A DNA stretch of 64,000 nucleotides from Ignavibacteriota bacterium (lineage in GTDB: Bacteria; Bacteroidota; Ignavibacteria; UBA10030; CAVZMI01), in NCBI GenBank assembly GCA_963776275.1, contig CAVZMI010000018.1:64001-128000 (forward strand). The letters are read 5' to 3'. The notes beneath the pieces are model-generated. The model ran no database searches. It saw nothing but the letters and a program-made list of their open reading frames with translations, and was not told where the DNA came from. The translations under genes were made by a program, and so were the position numbers. Within the stretch, counting starts at the first letter, position 1, and each line of letters starts with the position of its first letter. Shown piece by piece: positions 55,751 to 64,000 of this stretch.

Positions 55751-56764
55751 ATGAGACTTAACATTTGGCGTTCTTCACTTCAATTAAAACATGAGTTCAC
55801 GATAGCACACGGCACACGTACTTTAGTGCCGGTCGTCTTTTTAGAACTTCACCACGATGGGATTGTTGGAATAGGTGAAGCGTCGCCGTCGTCCCGTTAT
55901 GGAGAAACAGTCGAATCGGTGGAAGCGTTTCTTTCAAAGGTGAATCTTGAACCATTTGAAAGCCCGTTCATCATCGATGCAATTCTGGGTTATATCCGGG
56001 ATATTGCTCCCGGAAATTCCGCGGCCAAAGCCGCGATCGATATTGCACTTCATGATTGGATAGGGAAAAAACTCGGTATTCCGCTATATCAATTCCTGGG
56101 ACTCGAAGGGAAACAAACGCCATATTCGTCCTATACTATCGGTATTGATACACCCGAAAAAGTAATGCAAAAAGTTGAAGAGGCGGCAGAGTATCCAATC
56201 CTGAAAATAAAGCTGGGACTGGAGAATGACCGCGAAATAATGATCGCAATTCGGCGCGTCACAAGGAAAACACTGCGGGTCGATGTCAATGAGGGATGGA
56301 AGACACGCGAGCTTGCGCTCGAGAGTATTGAGTGGTTGTCAGAACTCGGCGTCGAATTTGTCGAACAACCAATGCCCGCGTCACAGATCGATGATATTGC
56401 ATGGCTCCGGGAACGGTCGCCTCTGCCGTTGATTGCGGATGAAAGTGTCATGCGGCTCGAGGATATCCCGGTTCTTGCCCACGCATTTGATGGGATCAAT
56501 ATCAAGCTGATGAAATGTACGGGGATTCGGGAAGCATTGAAAATGATCAGCGCCGCCCGCGCATCCCGCCTCAAAGTGATGATGGGATGTATGGTGGAGA
56601 GTTCTGTCGGAATTTCTGCTGCGGCCCAATTATCGCCGCTTATTGATTTTGCCGATCTTGATAGTGCAGAAATGATATCCAATGATCCATATGAAGGAGC
56701 CGTCATCGAGAAAGGCCGGTTGAAATTGCCGGATCGTCCGGGGATTGGAGTGAAAGAAGGATAA
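55751..56764 (+). CDS. Dipeptide epimerase (L-Ala-D/L-Glu epimerase, enolase superfamily)
   Basis: KIKLG, RVDVNEGW, EQP, ADES, NIKLMK, DLD. Confidence 0.9.
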   Translation: MRLNIWRSSLQLKHEFTIAHGTRTLVPVVFLELHHDGIVGIGEASPSSRYGETVESVEAFLSKVNLEPFESPFIIDAILGYIRDIAPGNSAAKAAIDIALHDWIGKKLGIPLYQFLGLEGKQTPYSSYTIGIDTPEKVMQKVEEAAEYPILKIKLGLENDREIMIAIRRVTRKTLRVDVNEGWKTRELALESIEWLSELGVEFVEQPMPASQIDDIAWLRERSPLPLIADESVMRLEDIPVLAHAFDGINIKLMKCTGIREALKMISAARASRLKVMMGCMVESSVGISAAAQLSPLIDFADLDSAEMISNDPYEGAVIEKGRLKLPDRPGIGVKEG

Positions 56765-56769
56765 AGCTT

Positions 56770-58541
56770 ATGCCGCATACTATTCATATAATGTCGGAAC
56801 AGCTTGCCAATAAGATTGCAGCCGGTGAGGTTGTCCAGCGTCCGGCGTCGGTAGTGAAAGAACTTATGGAAAACTCCATCGATGCCGGCGCATCGCAAAT
56901 CTCCGTCATCATTAAGGACGGCGGACGAACACTCGTTCAGGTTGTCGACGATGGATCAGGCATGAATGAAGAAGATGCACGGATCTCGTTTGAACGCCAT
57001 GCGACGAGTAAAATTCTAACATACGAAGATCTGGAAAGCATACACACTCTGGGATTTCGAGGAGAAGCCCTCGCATCGATTGCCGCTGTGGCACATGTCG
57101 AGCTGAAAACACGACGAAAAGAAGATGATGTAGCATCGTTCGTCCGGATCGAGGGAGGAGAGATGCGGGAAACCGGGAAAATTGCTTTCGAACATGGAAC
57201 ATCGGTTGCTGTAAAGAATCTTTTTTTCAATACGCCCGGTCGTCGGAATTTCTTGAAAAGCGATTCGACGGAATTCAAACATGTTGCCGATGTCGTCCAG
57301 AGGCTTGCGGTTTCTCATCCCGAAATAGGATTCGAATTCGTCAGCGATGACGAGACGATTCTATTACTTCCGAAAGCCGAAAGTATCGACCGGCTCCAGG
57401 CACTCTTTGGTGAGAAACTCAGTGCATCATTGATCGAATTCAGGGAAGAGACCGATTTTCTAACAATCCATGGCTACGTAGGGAGACCCGATTTTGCACG
57501 AAAAATCCGTTCAGAACAATATCTTTTTCTCAATAAGCGCTTCATCATTAACCGGAACCTCAACCATGCTGTATTCAATGCGTATGAGCACATTCTTGAA
57601 AAAGGAAATTATCCATTCTTTATCCTTTTCATGGAAATAGATCCGCAACATGTTGATGTGAATGTGCATCCGTCTAAATTGGAGGTAAAATTTGAAGATG
57701 AGCGTAATATCTATCATTTCCTTCTGACAGTCATCCGCCGGACATTGGCCACCAATGATGTTGTTCCTACAATAAGCGTGGGACCGGCAACGTCAGGCGA
57801 TGGTCGTACAGGATCATCCGAACAAAAAGCAAAATTGTTTTTTACGGGGAGGGATCAAGTTAGACCCGATTTTCCACCTCAAAAAATGAGTCAGGAAATA
57901 CCGGCGGATACTTTTACTCTAACTTCACGTACGCCGTCAGATTCTCAATTCACCGTTCCACATCAGGACGATATAAAACCGATCTGGCAGCTGCACAACA
58001 AGTACATCCTTTCTCAGGTCGGCACGGATTGATGATTATTGATCAGCATGTAGCCCACGAGCGAATTCTTTACGAGCGAGCTATGGCAAGTTTCGAGAAT
58101 GCTGTTCCTGTATCGCAGCAGCTACTATTTCCTCAGACCTTAACGCTCAGTGCATCAGAATATGCGACCGTCAAGGAACTTCTCCCGTATCTCACGAAGC
58201 TGGGATTCGATATGAAACTTTTTGGAAAAAATGATATCGTCATCGAAGGAGTTCCCGGTGATGTACGCCCCGGACACGAGCACGATATCCTGATAGAAGT
58301 TATCGAACGATTTAAAGAAAACGAGCACAGCAAAAAACTTGATGTAAAAGAAAATATCGCAGCCTCCTTTGCATGTAAAGCGGCAATTAGAGCAGGAGAT
58401 AAACTCAGCCATGAAGAAATGAGTGTCCTGATCGATCAACTTTTTGCGACGAATATGCCGTATGTATGTCCTCACGGACGTCCTGTGGTTATAAAGATCC
58501 CGATTGAAGAGCTTGATAAACGTTTTGGTAGAACATCATAG
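56770..58541 (+). CDS. mutL: DNA mismatch repair endonuclease MutL, split by a missing G at about 58026
   Basis: IAAGEVVQRPAS, GFRGEAL, DVNVHPSK; second ORF has DQHVAHERILYE, ACKAA, CPHGRP. Confidence 0.94.
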
Positions 58542-58565
58542 TAATATCATCAGCAGGGTGCTGTC

Positions 58566-59453
58566 ATGAATGCTCTAATTCGAAATTTCATCGTATCATT
58601 TCGTCCGCAGCAATGGATTAAAAATCTTATTCTTTTTGCGCCGCTGATATTTTCTGAAAAACTTTTTGATATCAGGGCGTTCGGAATTGTCAGCATGGGA
58701 TTCGTTCTTTTTTCTCTGGCGGCCAGTGGAATATATACGATGAACGATCTGGCTGACACTGAGCGTGATAAGCAGCATCCGGTCAAATCACAAAGGCCGA
58801 TTGTCTCGGGCGTAATCCCCCCGGGTCTTGCCGCGGTGGTCGCTTTTTTGTTAATGGTGTTAAGTGTAACGGTCGGGTTCCTGGTGAATTCGAATTTTGG
58901 AGTATTTATCCTCGTATATGTCCTCTTGAATATCGCCTACTCCTATGGTCTAAAAAACATTGTGATTCTCGATGTCATGACAGTGGCAATCGGTTTTGTC
59001 CTGCGTGTACTCGCGGGGGCGGCGATAGTATATGTCCCGGCGTCGGAATGGCTTATCATCTGCACGCTTCTTCTCTCTTTATTCCTTGGTTTCAGCAAAC
59101 GCCGGCATGAACTTAATCTGCTCGATGTAAGAGCTGCCGATCATCGGAACGTCCTTGGTCAGTATAGTGCGGGATTTCTCGATCAAATGATAGCTATTGT
59201 CACCGCTGCCACTGTGATGTCATATGCGCTGTATACTATTTCTAACGAGACTGTTCAAAAATTCGGAACAACCCACCTTTACTATACGATTCCCTTTGTA
59301 TTATATGGCATTTTTCGATACCTTTATCTTATTCATAAGAAAGATGAAGGGGGAAATCCCACACACACAATTATCACCGATGTACCCCTTATAGTCAATG
59401 TAGCGATTTGGATCGTCGTTTCAGTCATGATTATTTATTTTCATGTATTATAG
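58566..59453 (+). CDS. UbiA-family polyprenyl-phosphate phosphoribosyltransferase-like protein
   Basis: RPQQWIKN, YTMNDLAD..RD.QHPVKSQRPI, KRRHEL. Confidence 0.88.
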   Translation: MNALIRNFIVSFRPQQWIKNLILFAPLIFSEKLFDIRAFGIVSMGFVLFSLAASGIYTMNDLADTERDKQHPVKSQRPIVSGVIPPGLAAVVAFLLMVLSVTVGFLVNSNFGVFILVYVLLNIAYSYGLKNIVILDVMTVAIGFVLRVLAGAAIVYVPASEWLIICTLLLSLFLGFSKRRHELNLLDVRAADHRNVLGQYSAGFLDQMIAIVTAATVMSYALYTISNETVQKFGTTHLYYTIPFVLYGIFRYLYLIHKKDEGGNPTHTIITDVPLIVNVAIWIVVSVMIIYFHVL

Positions 59454-59471
59454 GTCACGGAGAGCCAGCCG

Positions 59472-60572
59472 GTGAAGTCCGTTGTTGCTGTCATTAAAAC
59501 ATCTCCCGCTACAGTTCTCAGAGATATTACTCGCCTATGCGAACTTGCGGGAATGAAACAGGCATTGGATGTCGGTGCCCCAACGATTTTAAAGGACAAT
59601 ATCTCTTGGCATTTTCCATTCCCTGCAGCGAATACAACCCCATGGCAGCTTGAAGGCACTATTCACGCTCTTCGACAATCGGGATATAAGCATCTTACAT
59701 GTGTTCAGAATAAAACCGTTGTGACCGATGCGTTCAAAGGCGAGGACCTGAACAAATATCTCCCCATATTGAGAAAAAATGACATTCCAATTTTATACAA
59801 TTTTAAAAAGCAGGACATGCACTGGATCCTCCACACTCCGAAAGTCCGGATGCACGTCCTTCCCAAAATATACCCTGAGGGGATATTCATTCCAGATTTT
59901 TTTTACGGGAAGAATATTGTCCATCTTCCAACGGTTAAATGTCATATCTATACGACGACGACAGGGGCTATGAAAAATGCTTTTGGTGGACTTCTTTCCA
60001 CAAAGCGGCACTATACCCATTCTTGGATTCATCGTACACTCGTCGATTTACTCGCGATTCAAAAGGAGATTCACGCGGGAATTTTTGCAGTGATGGATGG
60101 GACAACGGTGGGGAATGGTCCGGGACCGAGAACGATGATTCCGGTTGTCAAGGATTACCTCCTTGCATCATCAGATCAGGTGGCAATCGATGCAGTTTCG
60201 GCTAAAATGATGGGATTTGACCCGCTATCGATCGAGTATATCAAAATTGCCCATGATGACGGCCTCGGTATCGGCGATCCTCGCGATATCGAAATCGTTG
60301 GTACCGATATCTCGAATGAGTCTTGGGGCTTTAGTGTCGGCAATAATCTGGTGCGCGTTGCTGCCGGTTTGCTGTGGTTCGGGCCGCTCAGAGGAATTCA
60401 AAAAGTCTTCTTCCATACGCCGTTAGTCAATTTCTTTGTGCTCGCATCGGAACTCTACCACGATTACTATCGCTGGCCGTTCAAAGAGCGAAAAATCTTC
60501 GAAGAGTGGAAAACAACGACTGAATGGGGTGAACTTTTTCATCAGTATGAGACGGGTGAAATATGGAGGTAG
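59472..60572 (+). CDS. DUF362 domain protein
   Basis: LPTVKCH, TTGAMKNAFGG, DQVAIDAV. Confidence 0.8.
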   Translation: MKSVVAVIKTSPATVLRDITRLCELAGMKQALDVGAPTILKDNISWHFPFPAANTTPWQLEGTIHALRQSGYKHLTCVQNKTVVTDAFKGEDLNKYLPILRKNDIPILYNFKKQDMHWILHTPKVRMHVLPKIYPEGIFIPDFFYGKNIVHLPTVKCHIYTTTTGAMKNAFGGLLSTKRHYTHSWIHRTLVDLLAIQKEIHAGIFAVMDGTTVGNGPGPRTMIPVVKDYLLASSDQVAIDAVSAKMMGFDPLSIEYIKIAHDDGLGIGDPRDIEIVGTDISNESWGFSVGNNLVRVAAGLLWFGPLRGIQKVFFHTPLVNFFVLASELYHDYYRWPFKERKIFEEWKTTTEWGELFHQYETGEIWR

Positions 60573-61486
60573 CCCCGGAGAAGAAATCCCGTCGGATAGC
60601 AGAGACTGTTCTTCTCGGCATGACCATCATCTGGGGAGGCACATTTGTCATTGTCAAGAGCGGACTCGCCGATGGATCGCCCCTGGCGTTCGTGGCCATT
60701 CGTTTTTGGATTGCGACGGTGTTTTTTTTATTTTTTTTCAGGAAAAAAATAAGTCGAATTTCCTTTCCCACAATAATTCGGGGATGCATACTCGGTTTCT
60801 TGCTCTTCGCCGGATTTACAGGGCAAACGATCGGACTTAGTTTGACAACCGCTTCAAAATCGGGTTTTATTACCGGCACACTGGTAATTTTTACGCCTCT
60901 TGCCCAGTTGATCATTGAACGAAGGCCGCCAAGCATTGGAAATATAATCGGCATTATTCTTGTTACCATAGGCCTATGGATATTTACGTCTCCTCAGGGA
61001 TCGGAGCTTAATAAGGGTGATTGGTTGACATTATTTGCAGCAGTGATCTGGGGATTGTATATAGTCTATCTTGATATATTTTCAAGAAATTGTAATGGTG
61101 TGCAATTAACATTCCTGCAGGTGGTGGTAACAGCCATACTATCAACAATCGTCATGCCGTTTGTCGAAGTACCGTTTATCCGGTTTACCGCAAACATTAT
61201 CATTGCGCTAGCGTACACGGCTCTGTTGGCAACGGTGATTACGACGTACACTCAAACGCGGTATCAAAAAGACACAACTCCGACAAGAGCGGCAATTATT
61301 TATTCGCTCGAACCGGTCATCGCGGCAGTGTTGGCATTTTACATTCTTGATGAGCATATTGGAACATTGGGAGTACTTGGTGGCGGATTGATATTTATGG
61401 GACTTATAATTTCTGAATTGTTGGATGCCTTTCGTGTTATCCTTTTTCGAGCCTTGAACCGAACAAGCGGGGAAACAGAACATTAA
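60563..61486 (+). CDS. DMT/EamA family transporter
   Basis: IWGGTF, about 10 TM segments, YSLEPV. Confidence 0.9.
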   Translation: MEVAPEKKSRRIAETVLLGMTIIWGGTFVIVKSGLADGSPLAFVAIRFWIATVFFLFFFRKKISRISFPTIIRGCILGFLLFAGFTGQTIGLSLTTASKSGFITGTLVIFTPLAQLIIERRPPSIGNIIGIILVTIGLWIFTSPQGSELNKGDWLTLFAAVIWGLYIVYLDIFSRNCNGVQLTFLQVVVTAILSTIVMPFVEVPFIRFTANIIIALAYTALLATVITTYTQTRYQKDTTPTRAAIIYSLEPVIAAVLAFYILDEHIGTLGVLGGGLIFMGLIISELLDAFRVILFRALNRTSGETEH

Positions 61487-61501
61487 ATTAAAGGAATCAT
61501 C

Positions 61502-62770
61502 ATGCCAAGTCGGGAAAATGTACGTGCTGTTCGTACTCAATTAAAACGCCTGAAATCGCTTGTAGAAGCGAGCAGGATTCTTAACTCAACCCTCAACCTT
61601 GATGAACTTCTTGCATTGATCCTTGAGGTAGCGACACGGAACCTCGGGGCGACCCGCGGGACGATATATCTCGTCGATCATGAAAAGAAAGAATTATGGT
61701 CAAAAGTTCTCCACGGCGACCGGCAGGTTGAGATTCGACTTCCATTCGGGCAGGGATTCGCAGGGCATGTGGCCGCGACAGGAAAGATCGTCAATATCAT
61801 CGATGCCTATAGTGATGAAAGATTCTTTGCCGGTGTCGATCAGAAATCGGGATTCCGGACGAAAACAATGCTCTGCATGCCAATGCGGAATAAGGACTCT
61901 GAGATTATCGGGGTTTTTCAAATTATCAATAAGCGAAGAGGGATATTTTCAAAAGAAGATGAGTTGTTTCTTATCGCACTTTCGATACACGCGTCGCTTG
62001 CTATCGAGAATGCCCGATTGCTGCAGTCTGTAATCGAAAAAGAACGTATGCAAAAAGAACTCCAGATTGCACGGACAATCCAGCGAAAGCTTCTTCCCGA
62101 ACAGATTCCGGCTCTCACCGGAATTGACGTCAGTGCAATCAATCTTCCGAGCAAAGAAGTAGGCGGCGATCTCTACGATATTATCCAGCTTGATGATAGC
62201 CGGATTGCTTTTGTGATCGCAGATGTTGCGGGTAAAAGTGTTCCCGCAGCTCTGCTTGTCTCCACGCTTCATGCATCACTTCGTGCCTCAATCAGTTCGA
62301 TCGATTCTCTTCCACAACTCTGTCAACGACTAAATGGCATAATATTCAAAGATTCGTTGGCTGAGTGCTATATTACATGCTTTATCTGCATTATTGATAT
62401 GAAAGAACGGCAGTTGATATCGGTCAATGCAGGGCATAATGCCTGTTTTATTCTACGCGGTTCCAACATCATCCGTCTCGAGGAAGGTGGACTTCCATTC
62501 GGTATGTTTGAAAATGCCAGCTATGTTCAACAATATACTCCTATCCAGACCAACGATTTGTTAATCCTTTACACCGATGGTGTCGTCGAGGCAATGAACA
62601 AGAATCGGCAGTTATACAGTGAAGAACGGTTCCTCGGACAGCTTATGGACAATCTGACACGTTCGCCAAAAGAAATCGAGACTGCGGTATATGATGATGT
62701 GCGTAGATTCATCGGGAGTATGGAACCATCGGATGATTTCACGCTTATGGTGGTTCGATTTACAATATAA
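61502..62770 (+). CDS. GAF + SpoIIE/RsbU-type PP2C phosphatase
   Basis: GAF domain then VGGDLYD, ADVAGK, NAGH, YTDG, DDFT. Confidence 0.92.
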   Translation: MPSRENVRAVRTQLKRLKSLVEASRILNSTLNLDELLALILEVATRNLGATRGTIYLVDHEKKELWSKVLHGDRQVEIRLPFGQGFAGHVAATGKIVNIIDAYSDERFFAGVDQKSGFRTKTMLCMPMRNKDSEIIGVFQIINKRRGIFSKEDELFLIALSIHASLAIENARLLQSVIEKERMQKELQIARTIQRKLLPEQIPALTGIDVSAINLPSKEVGGDLYDIIQLDDSRIAFVIADVAGKSVPAALLVSTLHASLRASISSIDSLPQLCQRLNGIIFKDSLAECYITCFICIIDMKERQLISVNAGHNACFILRGSNIIRLEEGGLPFGMFENASYVQQYTPIQTNDLLILYTDGVVEAMNKNRQLYSEERFLGQLMDNLTRSPKEIETAVYDDVRRFIGSMEPSDDFTLMVVRFTI

Positions 62771-62980
62771 AAATAGACACCGGTATACTGTTCTTAACGG
62801 TTTCCGTCACCGCTTCTTCAATGGATCTTTCCTTCCGGAACAGCTAGACGGAATATACTGAATTCTGAATGTGGTTTGAGGCCACAGGACTTGAATTTCC
62901 GGCAGCGCTTGGTTATCTTCAATTCGTACTATCAATGCATTTACCGCGAAGCGGTGCCATTTCATTGTACGAATTAATAG

Positions 62981-64000
62981 ATGATTCCGACCCCATCTCC
63001 GGAAAAACCAGTCCAATACGTTCGTGGAATTGGAGCGAAACGTGCCGCGGCTCTTGAACAGCATGGAATCATCACAGTAAAAGACCTTCTGTATTATTTT
63101 CCCCGTGCCTACCTTGATCGATCGACAATTATCTCTATTCGGAACCTGCATCGGTATTTATTTACAGATCGTGACGTGACAATTGTGGGAACTGTCGGGA
63201 AAGTCGAACTTATCCGCGGTCGAAAGGGAAATGCGCGATTGCGTGTTGCTGTGTATGACGAGTCGGGAGTTGTGGAGTGCGTCTATTTTGGACGGCCGCA
63301 ATTATTCCAGAAAATGTTTCATGAAGGTGAATTGCTGGCTCTTTCAGGACGACCTCAGTTCTTCGGTCGTACAATACAATTAACACATCCGGAATTCGAC
63401 CGGCTCTCACGCTCTGATGATGACGAAGATATCGACTGGGGAAAAGCTCTGCACACCGGAAGTATCATCCCCCAGTACCGTTCGACCGAACAGCTTAAAA
63501 GTGTTAAACTTGACAGCCGTGGATTCCGGAGAATCCTCAGACATCTTATTGAAGAAGAAAGCGCAAAACAGCAGGAGATTCTCTCACCAGACATCCTTCA
63601 GCGGTGTTCTCTCTATTCTCTCGGACGTGCACTCTCGTCGATTCATTTTCCGGCATCGATGAATGATTTGGAACAGGCACGCCGTAGGTTGAAATTCGAT
63701 GAGCTGTTTTTTCTTCAAATACTTTTTGCATTTCGTAAAAGAGAAGTTAAATCGCTGTCACGTGGAATATCCTTCAACACACGTAGTACTCATGCGCGTC
63801 AACTTGTCGATACATTGCCATTCGAATTAACGAAGGCACAGCGTCATGTGATTCGTGAGATCGCACAAGACATGGAATCAGATAAACCGATGAATCGTCT
63901 TCTCCAGGGCGATGTCGGAAGCGGAAAGACCGTAGTCGGGCTGATCGCCATACTGATCGCGATCGATAATGGATATCAGACGGCTTTTATGGCACCGACG
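62981..64000 (+). CDS. recG: ATP-dependent DNA helicase RecG (partial, runs off window)
   Basis: Manual translation: VRGIGAKRA, DLLYYFPRAY, RRRLKFDELF, MNRLLQGDVGSGKT, AFMAPT. Confidence 0.95.
   Translation, partial: MIPTPSPEKPVQYVRGIGAKRAAALEQHGIITVKDLLYYFPRAYLDRSTIISIRNLHRYLFTDRDVTIVGTVGKVELIRGRKGNARLRVAVYDESGVVECVYFGRPQLFQKMFHEGELLALSGRPQFFGRTIQLTHPEFDRLSRSDDDEDIDWGKALHTGSIIPQYRSTEQLKSVKLDSRGFRRILRHLIEEESAKQQEILSPDILQRCSLYSLGRALSSIHFPASMNDLEQARRRLKFDELFFLQILFAFRKREVKSLSRGISFNTRSTHARQLVDTLPFELTKAQRHVIREIAQDMESDKPMNRLLQGDVGSGKTVVGLIAILIAIDNGYQTAFMAPT

Overview
Chromosomal housekeeping region of a bacterium, probably Ignavibacteriota or a related Bacteroidota/Chlorobiota lineage (inferred from gene order, protein style, signal peptides and tRNAs without encoded CCA; no search was run). 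It contains a two-component cluster (1-7.8 kb), gcdH-guaB-pepQ-GT4-purD-epimerase, an NtrX-like regulator, rlmB-lgt-hisS, a GMPP/PMM fusion, larB, nifJ (PFOR) with a DHODH-like flavoprotein, thrS-infC-rpmI-rplT-pheST-zapA-6S-rny-coaE-argD-nadB, purF-pgsA-ftsY, mutL and a partial recG. No integrase, transposase, cas or phage gene is visible. Six genes carry single-base indels, and nifJ also has an in-frame TGA; these are most likely sequencing errors. The striking features are non-coding and tRNA-derived. (i) Five 86-bp tandem units (A-B-A-B-A) lie between a promoter and tRNA-Gly(GCC); each is the 5' part of the tRNA with a 17-nt palindrome placed exactly in the anticodon-arm position. (ii) A tRNA-Leu(TAA) is split in its T-loop by a 246-nt insert whose 19-bp inverted repeat encloses a second, intact tRNA-Leu. 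(iii) A family of short GC-rich REP-like hairpins is nested in one another, in heptamer repeats and in these tRNA copies.
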